A stretch of DNA of 64,000 bases from Naegleria gruberi (taxonomy: Eukaryota), in assembly GCA_000004985.1 (NCBI GenBank), contig GG738889.1, one strand, 5' to 3'. The translations under genes and the position numbers were made by a program. The notes below the pieces were generated by a model, which was given only the letters and a program-made list of their open reading frames with translations, did no database searches and was not told the origin of the DNA. Shown here in pieces: positions 1 to 10,700 of the stretch (positions within the stretch are counted from its first letter, which is position 1; each line of letters starts with the position of its first letter).

Positions 1-79
1 TCCTATTCAATAAAAAAAATTAAAACAATGTAATAGTGAATACAGTTATAATAAAAACAACAAACAATTAAAAACATAC

Positions 80-294
80 CAAACTTCACCAAAGGCACCT
101 TCACCTATTTTTTCTATTTTTTCAATATTATCGGGAGAAAGTCTAGCCTCGGAGACTGATTCTCTCTTCATGGGTGAATTATTTTGATTATTTGGAGATG
201 TGCTTAAAACAGCTGATGATGTCGATGAGAGACTGTTTGTATTGTTGGGTTGGATAGAAAGTTTTTCATTCTTTCTCAATGAAAATTGCGGCAT
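80..294 (-). CDS. protein kinase, 5' exon only (gene continues beyond the left edge of the window)
   Basis: An ATG at 294 in an A-rich context opens a Ser/Asn-rich N-terminus that ends in the kinase glycine-loop KIGEGAFGEV. The frame then breaks at a GTATGT donor near position 79, so the rest of the kinase domain must lie in exons left of position 1. The ORF-track start at 357 is GTG. Confidence 0.5.
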
Positions 295-584
295 TTTTTG
301 TGTTGGACAAGCTATCAAAGTCTGAGACAAACAAGTTGCGCACTCGTCATCACTCACAGAGATTGATAACAGAGAGCACTTTTATGTTTCTTTATTATGA
401 CGACAGATCATCACCACCAATGTAATCCTATTGTTATTGTTGTTTTTCATGAGAGAAGATCATTAAAGAACAGGTAACCATGATGATGAAGTGGATTGAC
501 TATTTTTAAGATTGGAATTTACCTCCAAAATAGTTTACAGTATTGGTTTGATAGCGGTTAGAGAATTAAGTTTAAAAAAAATGA

Positions 585-1295
585 ATGAAAGCAACTCGAC
601 AACTAACTACACTCCATCAGAGATTGAGAGTCAAAATAATGGCAAGTCCCCGAATGTTTAATTTGGAAAAAGTTAGTAAATATGCTGGAAAACCTGGATC
701 AATAAGGAGTAATGCAATGAATTATGGAGTGGATAATACTGCCTTTACACATTCCGATATTCCCGAAAGAGCATTAGAAAAAAAGTTGGAAACTATTGAA
801 ATTAAATTGAGGAATAGAGAAAATAGGTTGGTAGATTGTTTTGATTTTGATAACTTTTGAAGAAAACCTGAATGGAACTGTTCAACATTTACAAAAGAAG
901 CTTCGGAAGAACGAGCTCTATTGAGGACACTTAGTAAGGATTATTATAAAGCTGACAAGGAAAAGAAAGAACGAGATGCAAACAAACCACCATCTAACTG
1001 GAATACAAGTACTTATTTTACGAAAAAAGAAACAAATGAACATGACGAAAAGAAACTTTCGAAATCTTTGAGAAATACTAAAAAAGTTATCTCTGAGGTT
1101 AATGCACCTTCGTTAATTGAAAGAGAAAAATTGAAAAAAGAACAAGAAATGAAGGATAGAGAAGAGGCAACCAGAATAACGATGAGAGAACACTTTTTAA
1201 ATTCACCTCCAGTTACTTTAGGTCTTGCTAAAAGATTATATGGAGATAAAGGTAAAGAGAGCACTGTAACATATGTAGTTAAAGATCTTGCTTGA
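585..1295 (+). CDS. hypothetical protein; two ORF halves (585-860 and 861-1295) in the same frame, separated by one TGA
   Basis: ATG at 585. The second half has no ATG of its own (its ORF-track start is TTG) and is GC-richer and coding-like, so it probably continues the first half. The TGA at 858-860 is either inside a 36-nt intron (GTTGGT...GAAG, weak donor) or is read through or recoded. Confidence 0.3.
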
Positions 1296-1368
1296 GTTTT
1301 TTAATTGAACTTGATTCAAATTTGTACAATAAATCGAAAAGCTAAAATCAAGGAAATAATAGAAAGGC

Positions 1369-1390
1369 TTTTGGCGCCAATATTTGGCGC
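1369..1390. promoter_or_regulatory. tandem E2F-type motifs, TTTGGCGC x2, 36-57 bp upstream of the cohesin start codon
   Basis: cttTTGGCGCCaatatTTGGCGCtc: two exact TTTGGCGC octamers (1370-1377 and 1383-1390), 13 bp apart, in otherwise ~25% GC intergenic DNA just 5' of ATG 1426. Confidence 0.4.
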
Positions 1391-1425
1391 TCAACATAAA
1401 ATTCACAATCAAAAAAAATAACAAA

Positions 1426-4400
1426 ATGGGTAGAACTCCACGTATTGCCAAGCGCAAAACATCAACAAAGAGAAAAAGAAAGGATGAGAGTGAAGATGAA
1501 CACGAATCTGATCAATCAGAAAATGAACAAGTAACTGTGGCCTCTGAACAAAGCGAAGATGAACAATCTGAAGCAGAGGAACCATCAGAACCATCATCAT
1601 CAGAAGACGAAGCCTTCCACGATGATGAAAAGGATGAGGATTTCGAGCCTCCAAAACCAAGAACATCAAGAAAGAAGTCTACAACAAAAAAGACAACAAC
1701 CAAGAAAAAGGATACAACAACAACAACACCTAGGAAGAAGAAACTTAAAACTGGTACATCAACAACAACAAAGAAAACAAAAACTAGTGGTGAATCTAAA
1801 GGAAAAAAGAAAGGATCAAAGAAAAAGGATGATATTATTGAAGAGGATATGGTTGTTGTAAATGAAGACAAGGATTCTATGTTTGCTTCTGTTAGAAAAG
1901 AAAGCTCAGCTATCAGAGAAATTGTTGACAACTGGCAAGAAAGCTTTGATTCTGATAAATCAAAGGCTACTGCTGAATTGTTGACATTTTTATTACACTC
2001 ATCAGGTGCAAAGGGTGAAACAGAATTTGCTGCAAAAAAACTTAAAGTTGTAGAATCATCAAAAATGGAAAAGGTTATTGATGATTTGATTGAAGAATTA
2101 CCAACTAGTCTGCAAGTTTATCCAATTATTAACAATCACCCATCTCTCAAACACTTTAGAAAGAACTTTGCTGATTTTTGGGATACTTTTGTTGATGTAA
2201 CAAAGGAAGGTTCACAACTTTATGAAAAGATTATTCAAGAAAAGTTTATGAATTGGCTTTTCTTAATGACATCATCTACTTGCAGAGCTTTGAGACATAC
2301 ATCAACATTGGCAGCATATCGTATTGCCTCTAGCGCCATTGATGCAAGAAGATCAGAGGCTAAAACATTGGCTAAACTTGAAAAACAAGCAAAGGCAGCC
2401 AAGAATAAGAAGAAGGAAACGGAATTGTTGGATCTGTGTGAAGAACATCAAGATAAGACAAACACTCTGGAGAAGATATGTAAAGATATCTTTTCGCAGA
2501 TTTTTGTTAAGAGATACAGAGATTCATGCCCAGATATTCGTGCTCTTTCTCTTTTACAAGGTGTTGAATGGGTTATTGGACTTCCAGAACAATTTTTAAA
2601 TGATTCTTCGTTAAAATTCTTTGGTTGGATGTTAAATGATACTGAAGAAAGTGTAAGAAAAGTTGCTGTCCAAGTTTTGGATAAAATTTACAGTAAGAAA
2701 GATTGGAAAGATCAATTGAACAATTTTACATTACAATTTTTACCAAGAATTATTTCAGTCACTCGTGATGTTTCAGTTTCAGTTTCTGTTGAAGGAATCA
2801 AACTTTTAACAACACTCCTCCAAAATGGTTACTTGAAAGCTAATCACATTGAGGAAGTTTCCAAACTTATGTTCAGTGAAGTTTCTAGCGTAAGATTTTA
2901 TGCTGCCAAGTTTGCGTATACACATATCAAATCTAAATCAGATTCATCTAAGTCCAAGAAATCCAAAAAGTCTGATGTCAGTTTGAAAGATGTTCTTGAA
3001 TTTGTTTCTGAATCTGTTGAAGAGTTTCCTATGGCTCCATATTATGTTGTAGATTCGTGGTGGAGTCTTGATAGTGATATTTTCAGAAGCTACAAGCAAA
3101 TTTGTCAAATGATCAATGATGAAGAAGGTGATGCTATAACATTAATCAAGATACTTAATGCCTCCATTCAAAAACTTAAGGGTTCTTTGAAGAGTGTGAC
3201 AAGTTCGTCAGATAATGTTAAAGTTAATACAAAATCTAAACTTACAACAAAAGAAGTAGAAGAAGAAGTTGAAGAAATTACAGGTATTTTAGCACCATAT
3301 CTTTCAGGATTGATTGATAAATACAGAACTGAACCTGAAATTGTTGCAGAGTTGATTGAAATTCCACAACATTTAGATATGGATAATTACGCTGAATCAC
3401 ATTTCACAAAACTTTTAAAGTCTCTTAAAGAAACATTGAACACAAATATTTCCCCAACAGTATATCTTCAAATTGCTAAAACATTCAAATATCTCATTAA
3501 GGATCATGAGGATTTCTCACTCAGATCAGAGGCTACTCTTCAATATAATGAGATAATCAGAGAAATGTCATCTCAACTCAAAGATGCTGTTCAAACACTT
3601 CACGAACAAGATGAACCAACAGCAGACGTGTTATCAACATTACACAGAATAAGAGCCTTTACAAAGGTTGTAGGAACTTCACAATTAATTGCTGATGAAG
3701 TTTTGTTTGAAGATATGAACATTATTTTAGAGTCAAAGATTTCAGAAATTGAAATGTCACAAAAGGATGATTCATCTAGTTCTGAAGAAGAAGTTGATGA
3801 AGTTACACCTATCATTATTGATATTATTCAAGATGATTTGTTCTGGACTCTAAAGGACTCATTGGAAGAAAAGGGTGAACCTAGAGCCAAACTTCAAAAG
3901 AAGTATCTAACTAAGCAAGAAAAGATTACAACTCCTCTTTTCTACGTATTAAAGAAAGGAAAGATTGGGTCTTCCATCATTTTACATTGTTTCAACCATT
4001 TAATGAATATTTACATGATTACATGTGCTGATAATGTTGGTTCTGATACACTTATTCCATTAACCACTAATGATAGAGTTGAAATTTTGAGAAGATTCTT
4101 CACCAAGTCAATGAAACATCTCACTAAGGAATATATTTTGAATAGTGTTTCTGATGAAGAAAATGTAGATGAAGACGAAAAGAAGAAGAAAGATGCTAAA
4201 ATCAAAGTAATCAATCAAACAGTTTCTGATCTTATTCTAGGATTATCAAGAGCTATTATCTGTAAGAGTTTACCAGATACTCTTATTCCAGATATTTTAT
4301 CATACTTTGTCAAGACCAAGATTCCTATTGTTGAGGATGTCATCAAAAAGTTCCACGCCGATATTAAACACCGTTTCGAATCCAAGTTATGGGAATATGA

Positions 4401-4995
4401 ATTTGGTGCTTTGAAGGTTTTACACAGTGCTTATCTCGATTATGTTGAACAAGAAGAAGAAAAATCAATCATCAAGAAAGCCAGCAAAGATTTGGAAGAG
4501 TTAGGCTCCAGAATCAGCAAATCTCACTTCCCTGGAAAAGATGTTAAACATTTGGAATCACTTGTTACTCATACCATCAACTTTATCTTTGATGATATTA
4601 ACCAATATCATTCATTCCTTACTGGTTTAATGAAATTCCGTTTCAAGGGTCTTTCGGACGCCAAGAGATCCGAATTTGTCAAATCAATCAACAGAAAACT
4701 TGACCAAATTGATGATATTGACAAAAAAGCAAAGGAAAATGTTGAATCATTCATTGAACTTTTGGAAGTAAAGAAGAAGAAGGGTGATGAAACAGAAGAC
4801 GAAAAGACTGACAATGAAAAGGATAAGATGGAAGACGAAGAAGAAGAAGAAGAAAAGAAAGATGAAGAGGAAGAAAAAGAGGAAGAAAAGAAAGATGACA
4901 AGATGGAAGATGATGACAATACTCAAATATCTGAAACTAAGGAAAATGAAGAAGATGAAGAATTAATCTCAAGCAAACCTAGATCCTCCCTTTAA
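1426..4995 (+). CDS. cohesin subunit SA/Scc3 (STAG family)
   Basis: Stromalin conservative domain FVKRYRDSCPDIRALSLLQGVEWVIGLPEQFLNDSSLKFFGWMLND. Basic/acidic N-terminus and an E/K/D-rich C-terminal tail ((GAA)n-type codon runs at 4836-4900), typical of SA/Scc3. ATG at 1426; the ORF-track start at 1384 is TTG. Confidence 0.85.
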   Translation: MGRTPRIAKRKTSTKRKRKDESEDEHESDQSENEQVTVASEQSEDEQSEAEEPSEPSSSEDEAFHDDEKDEDFEPPKPRTSRKKSTTKKTTTKKKDTTTTTPRKKKLKTGTSTTTKKTKTSGESKGKKKGSKKKDDIIEEDMVVVNEDKDSMFASVRKESSAIREIVDNWQESFDSDKSKATAELLTFLLHSSGAKGETEFAAKKLKVVESSKMEKVIDDLIEELPTSLQVYPIINNHPSLKHFRKNFADFWDTFVDVTKEGSQLYEKIIQEKFMNWLFLMTSSTCRALRHTSTLAAYRIASSAIDARRSEAKTLAKLEKQAKAAKNKKKETELLDLCEEHQDKTNTLEKICKDIFSQIFVKRYRDSCPDIRALSLLQGVEWVIGLPEQFLNDSSLKFFGWMLNDTEESVRKVAVQVLDKIYSKKDWKDQLNNFTLQFLPRIISVTRDVSVSVSVEGIKLLTTLLQNGYLKANHIEEVSKLMFSEVSSVRFYAAKFAYTHIKSKSDSSKSKKSKKSDVSLKDVLEFVSESVEEFPMAPYYVVDSWWSLDSDIFRSYKQICQMINDEEGDAITLIKILNASIQKLKGSLKSVTSSSDNVKVNTKSKLTTKEVEEEVEEITGILAPYLSGLIDKYRTEPEIVAELIEIPQHLDMDNYAESHFTKLLKSLKETLNTNISPTVYLQIAKTFKYLIKDHEDFSLRSEATLQYNEIIREMSSQLKDAVQTLHEQDEPTADVLSTLHRIRAFTKVVGTSQLIADEVLFEDMNIILESKISEIEMSQKDDSSSSEEEVDEVTPIIIDIIQDDLFWTLKDSLEEKGEPRAKLQKKYLTKQEKITTPLFYVLKKGKIGSSIILHCFNHLMNIYMITCADNVGSDTLIPLTTNDRVEILRRFFTKSMKHLTKEYILNSVSDEENVDEDEKKKKDAKIKVINQTVSDLILGLSRAIICKSLPDTLIPDILSYFVKTKIPIVEDVIKKFHADIKHRFESKLWEYEFGALKVLHSAYLDYVEQEEEKSIIKKASKDLEELGSRISKSHFPGKDVKHLESLVTHTINFIFDDINQYHSFLTGLMKFRFKGLSDAKRSEFVKSINRKLDQIDDIDKKAKENVESFIELLEVKKKKGDETEDEKTDNEKDKMEDEEEEEEKKDEEEEKEEEKKDDKMEDDDNTQISETKENEEDEELISSKPRSSL

Positions 4996-5476
4996 AATTT
5001 GTAAATTAAACACTTTATTTATTTGTATATAATTATTTCTTTGGACAACACTGATAGGTCAGTGAGGTGATAATTACTCAAATGTATCTAATTCTATTCT
5101 AATCATTTTTCCTTAATCAAAATCTTTTATTAGCACAAAAAGTCAGTCAATTAGAAGCGCTTTTCTAACCATGAGTGTTAACAAGTCAAGAATCACCGAT
5201 GTAAAAACACCTCACTTGACATTTCGTTCTTTTTGCAATGCGTTCCGACTCAAAAGCCCTCGCTCTCTTCGTGCGTTCTAACAAAATCCGTAGAAAAAGA
5301 CCGTTGGGGTTATTTTCATCATCGTCTTCCACTTAAATATTAGAAGAGGCCTTCGTTCTGTGCTCTAATCAAAAACAAAAAAAAGACTCAACAAGTAACT
5401 CTTCAGTGTTACATAACAGCAAGAACAAAGATATCCTTGATATCAAAACAACACAACACTCACTCGATACACAACA

Positions 5477-5740
5477 ATGAACTCTGTCCTTATTCCATCT
5501 AATACTTCTTCTTCAGCCAATAAGAAGTTGCATTCCAAGAAGCATTCACCTCTCTCAGAGAGAAGAACCTTCTCGAGTGAATTGACTGTAAATTTGAGCT
5601 TGGATAGAACTGCAATTGCCAGTCGTGCCAATCCAAAGAAGACCTTTCATATGTCTCAATATTATACAAGAGAAGAAATTGAAGAAATTTATTTTGATTG
5701 GTTGGCTACTACTGAATATATCAAACTCTATGAAGATTAA
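5477..5740 (+). CDS. small hypothetical ORF (87 aa)
   Basis: ATG-initiated ORF in a 1.1-kb spacer; no recognisable domain. Could be real or spurious. Confidence 0.2.
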   Translation: MNSVLIPSNTSSSANKKLHSKKHSPLSERRTFSSELTVNLSLDRTAIASRANPKKTFHMSQYYTREEIEEIYFDWLATTEYIKLYED

Positions 5741-6105
5741 GATTTCAAATAAGAAGATTATTTGAAAATAGTCAACGTGTCAGTTAAGGAATGAAAATGA
5801 ATTGGTTTGTGATTGGTAATGTCATCAAATGAAACGAAAATATTACAACTATTACTCAATTGAAATTATCAAATCACTTTGTAAATAGTAAATACCTCTT
5901 ACTTTTTAATAAGTTGTGTAGCTTTTCTTTGACAGCTCATTAAGCAAATTGCACCTTTTCAAGATCAACAGCCTACTCGTCAACTACAATCATAATTATG
6001 CCTCTACTTTCCTAATTTTTGAATTAACATTGTTGAACTGTACAGAATCATAATGATGAAGAAATAATTAGATAAATTACTCAAAAAAAATATTAAGGTT
6101 AAAAA

Positions 6106-7770
6106 ATGAAACAACCAAGACAAGAAACAGAGGAGGAATCAGACCTTGAAAAACCGCCAAAGGTTTTAAAAGTTGAAACTCTTCCCAAGCAAGTTGATGA
6201 GATCTCATCTTCGGTTCAAGTATTTAACAAATTTTTCAAAGAATGGTCTCTTAATCCAATGGAAGGGGATGTTATTCAATTTCTTTATAGAGGAAAGCAA
6301 TCTGGAATATTTAAGAGGCTGCAAACAAATCCATCCGAATCTTTATATCAAATCAATAACCTTCCAGAAATTGAGGATTTTTGCAAAAAATCATTTCAAA
6401 AAGTTTTTAAGAACAAGAAGGGGTTTTCCAAGTGTTATTCCCATATTTTCATTACTGGCATGGTGAGGAGTGGTAAAACTACAGTTGCAAGAGATATAAT
6501 TCCTTACCTATTTAGTAGAGAAGTTGGCATACCGTATCAGGTTAGGGTGGTCGATTTCTCTATTGAAACAATAGATAAAGATGAGACTCCTCAAAACTTT
6601 GCTCTATGTATAATTGCTGGATTAATTGATGAAAAGAATGTAACAATGTGTAATTGTATATCACCAAGTGGCAATCAGATTTTGGATTATTTGAACAGAA
6701 ATTCAGGCAGGATGCATTACTTTATATTAGACCATATTCAGTTGTGTGATCCACAGGCATTGAATGTTCTTAAAAAAGTATTCAAATTACCGTTGTTAAC
6801 AGGTTCAAATTTCATTAGTGTTTGGACTGGGAGTACACAAGCAGAACTATTCAGAAAATTGAAAATGATTTCCTCAAATGGGTATTCTTTTACTGATTGT
6901 TGCTTATCATTCAACATCCCACAAAGTAGTAACATTGATAACGTGAAGGAATTAGCAGCCTTTACTAATCACGTCTCGGAAAGGAAACTAATAGATAAGG
7001 CGCTTCTTGAGGTTATAAAAGCAAGTCAAGGATTTTGGAACTGTGGTCATATTGACCAAATATGCAAAGATATGATTGATGGAAATACTGTAGAGAAATC
7101 AATTGATATTCTTCTCAGCAAGATATTCACAATCTATGATCGTGATTTTTCTAATAGCAACCTTATTGAAAATTTATCTAAAAGTCAGGCTTTGGCATTG
7201 TTTAATACGAAACAATTCCCAAACAAATTCGATTCACAAGCAACCTCTATTTCAGGTATTTCGGATCTCTCATGTTTTTTCGATAACCTGTCTGGAGATT
7301 GTGCTTTTATTAGAGATTCCTATTTAGACGCCTACATTAGTCTAAAATATTCTTTTGGGAATGGAAAGTTAGTTAGTAAATTAATTGAATGGGAATCCAC
7401 CTTTGAACATGACTATCTGATTCTCTTCCCATTTATTTTACTCGGTGAATTCTTAAAGAACAACCCATGGCAAGGCACAAACATTGTTAAATCTTTAGGA
7501 TTGCATTGTGACAGCCACAATATTAACTTGGCAAAACATTTAAATAACGCATTTCTTGCAAAACACAAAAAGATTGTTATTAGTAAAAATATGGATGGTA
7601 TGGTAAAGGAGATTCTAATAGCAATTCGAAATATACTAAGTCATGACCACAAAGCCAGCCCACAGGTCCGTAAGACAATTGCAACATTTTGGTGCTCGAC
7701 TGGCAAACTTAGTACCCTCAAAGATAATGTGAGAAACCTGTATACTCAATCAGGCAACACTAATCAGTAG
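6106..7770 (+). CDS. P-loop NTPase, STAND / NB-ARC-like
   Basis: Walker A ITGMVRSGKTTVA (compare NB-ARC GMGGVGKTT), Walker B-like HYFILDHIQL, then GSNFISVWTGS. No recognisable repeats in the ~280-aa C-terminal half. ATG at 6106. Confidence 0.55.
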   Translation: MKQPRQETEEESDLEKPPKVLKVETLPKQVDEISSSVQVFNKFFKEWSLNPMEGDVIQFLYRGKQSGIFKRLQTNPSESLYQINNLPEIEDFCKKSFQKVFKNKKGFSKCYSHIFITGMVRSGKTTVARDIIPYLFSREVGIPYQVRVVDFSIETIDKDETPQNFALCIIAGLIDEKNVTMCNCISPSGNQILDYLNRNSGRMHYFILDHIQLCDPQALNVLKKVFKLPLLTGSNFISVWTGSTQAELFRKLKMISSNGYSFTDCCLSFNIPQSSNIDNVKELAAFTNHVSERKLIDKALLEVIKASQGFWNCGHIDQICKDMIDGNTVEKSIDILLSKIFTIYDRDFSNSNLIENLSKSQALALFNTKQFPNKFDSQATSISGISDLSCFFDNLSGDCAFIRDSYLDAYISLKYSFGNGKLVSKLIEWESTFEHDYLILFPFILLGEFLKNNPWQGTNIVKSLGLHCDSHNINLAKHLNNAFLAKHKKIVISKNMDGMVKEILIAIRNILSHDHKASPQVRKTIATFWCSTGKLSTLKDNVRNLYTQSGNTNQ

Positions 7771-7799
7771 ACAAACTGTCATTATCTACCTCTGGATTT

Positions 7800-10700
7800 T
7801 CAATCCTCTTCATCTGTTTCCCAATCATTGTCGCTATCTACCTCTGGATTTTCGTTATCATGGAGGAGAGGATAATTTGTGGCAATGCTAATTAATGCCA
7901 AGCAACAGTTTACAGTGTATTCATAAAAGATTTCTCCATCAACCTCAATTTCTCTATGTCGATATTGAGATCTATCCACTTGGAACGAGAAGGGCTCCAT
8001 CGAATGCAAAGTCTTTTTTGTGATATCCATGGATTCAGTGTTAAACTCAGAATTGGCGAATACTGCTTTGATGGTTATTGATTCTATACCATCTTGTCTC
8101 TCTTTGTAAGTAAATGAACAGAGTGATAGTCCAACACGTGATTTCTCTTTCAAGAGTTTGGTTTCTATTGATAATTGTTAAAATAATGCTTGAAATCTGC
8201 AATACTTACTTTGGGGATTGTCCATTGCTGTGAACCGAGGTGAGAATTTGACTCCAAATGCTTCAAATTGATCACTATAGCAGACCTTTCCAACATTTTC
8301 AGGTCTTAAGCGAAAGACAATTGTGTGTATTGAAATTGGAAATTCTGAAGCCATTCTGTGAATTAATGGAGGATAGTTTGTTGTAGACAATTCCTTTCTT
8401 CCTTTGTGGAATGACTCTATATCAACTTGATGATTTGCTATTGGTGTATCAGTAATTTGCTTCATTCCAATAAAGAATTTAAATATGAGAAATTCCTCAT
8501 CCCTTGTTGAGAATGGTTCAACATATTGCTTCTCTACAAATAACCCGTAACTCGAAAGTATCATGTCAAATTTACGAGAATATATTAGATAAGAACTAGC
8601 ATCCATGTCAAAATTTCTAATAGAAAATTCTATTCTAATTCTGTCGAATTGACCTGTTTCTTCATTATGATTAATTGTTGAATTGAGTGTCAAAAATATT
8701 GAACAATTTCCATAATCTTCGTCTTCATCTACAGGGAGAAATTCAACCATCCACTCATATCCACATTCAATAAAAGGGTCAGAGACATAAGTAGTATTGA
8801 AAGGGCCTGTCTTTGGAACCTTTACAGTTACTAGGTGAAGAGCGTGGTCTTTTTTGGAAATATTGGTTTTGGCATAATCCAATAAATCTTCGGTACTCAT
8901 TTGTCTCAACTCTTCTGTTGTGTTAGGTATTGATATTGGAAGTCCACTACTGGTATCACCAACAAAAATGGATTTTTTCTTTAAAATAGCTTCTAATGTT
9001 TTCTTGGATATCTTGAAAGGATTTTGATGAGTTAACAAATCTATAAAGTCTGAAATATAGGTAAATTCAGGGCAGTTGTCTGCAATCGTGTTAATTATAT
9101 TTACAAATAAATTTCCAGAGTAATGAGATATTTCTTTGTTTCCACTAAAGAATTCATTCAACAACCTTTGGACCAGATCTTTCAAGCAATCCTCATATTC
9201 TACATCAGTACCAACAGTTTCTAACAAACTGTCAAAATCATAAAAAAAAGAAAAGTCATTCAAATCTATCAAAATATTGGCCACTGTATAAAGACTTTGT
9301 TGCGATTCAATCGACCTTAAAACTTTTTTCAAAACCTTATTGTAAGACAAATCAAATGAAATCGATTTAGATTTCCATAATTGATCCAACATTTGGAAAA
9401 CTGAGTCTATGTCATCACGTTTCCATAACGAATCTGTATATGTGAATGTTATTAAAAATAATTTGAAAATCTCTGCACTCTCTGAATAATTAATTATCTT
9501 TTCTCCTGAATAATAGAAAAGTCTTTGAATTGCCAGGCTTGCATCTTTCATTTCTCGTACACTGATTCTTTGTTTGGTATAGGAAACAACTTGCTCAATG
9601 TTTTCATAATTAAGCTTTGGGTAAAACTTTCTACTCTCAGGATACGGGTGCTTAAAAATAATAGTTATCCTTGGATTATCATGTTCAAAACTAGAAAAAA
9701 TGGAACTAGTAATGGATGGATCATAACTATTTAGTAGTAGAGTTCTGCACCTTGTGAATTGCGAAAGATAATAAGTTGATTCAATAGTCAAAGCTTTTTC
9801 CTCGTTATATAGTATTTTGAGAATTTCCAATCTTTCTTTTAAATATGGTACTATGCCCTTGATAAAATCATCTTTGATTGAACAGCAGTTGAAAGATAAT
9901 GTTCTCAGATTTTCGGCAGAGAGCAGGGCTTCTAATAATCCATCTTCCAACCCCGTAAACTTAACATCCTCTCCACAAACAAATCCAATATTACCTAGTG
10001 ATTTTGGAAGTCTTAATTCGTTGAAATCTTGAATAGTTTCAGTCATTTCAATTTTTAGACTTGTCAAATTCACTAAATCTTTCAAATTTTTCAAATGATT
10101 ACGCGTTGGACTGTTAACGATAATATCCAGAAATTTTAACGATATTGGTAGAAAACCAATGCATGAGGTAAAAATAGATGATCCGTATACCTTTTCCAAA
10201 CTGTAACTTCTTAATTCTTCTAAACTACTGCTCACTGTACTCTCTGTTAATGACCCACTAAGCTTCAAAACATGTAAACTTTTCATAGAATCTTTCAAAA
10301 AAACAAATTGATTCTCTTCTGACAATTCCTTGTCGCACCATTTCAGTTTTTCCAAATTGCTACCCGTCATCAAGTTGATTAGAATTTCTTTGTAATTCTC
10401 TAAATTAAAACCACCAAAAATTGATACAGACTTTAAACTTAAATTGTTTAGACTCTCAATAAGTCTTTCATTTTTGATTTCTAATGAAGGATAATCCATA
10501 AAATCCAAGTGTAACGAAGTGAGTTTGTTGTGTCTAATTATAAATGTCAGTAGAGGATCGATTACAGCTGATGATTCTCCATCATTAAAGAATATTCTCA
10601 ACTTATCTAATGTTGGAATAAACAAAGACCTTTGTAAACTTTTAACCTTTGGATTATCTGTAAATGGCCAATAAATTCTAATCTTTTTCAAGCATGGGAA

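Noticed and set aside
1384-1425. ORF-track N-terminal extensions starting at 1384, 17537, 31148, 42941, 47834, 13895 and elsewhere.
   Set aside because: These first codons are TTG or GTG (bacterial-style alternative starts used by the ORF caller). In a eukaryote the first in-frame ATG was used instead.
1013-1931. Antisense or overlapping ORFs (1013-1264, 1236-1457, 1409-1669, 1512-1931, 4608-4919, 12460-12834, 13297-13785, 39959-40450 and others).
   Set aside because: They lie opposite strongly conserved genes and are low-complexity mirror images of Lys/Glu/Ser-rich coding sequence. They are almost certainly not expressed proteins.
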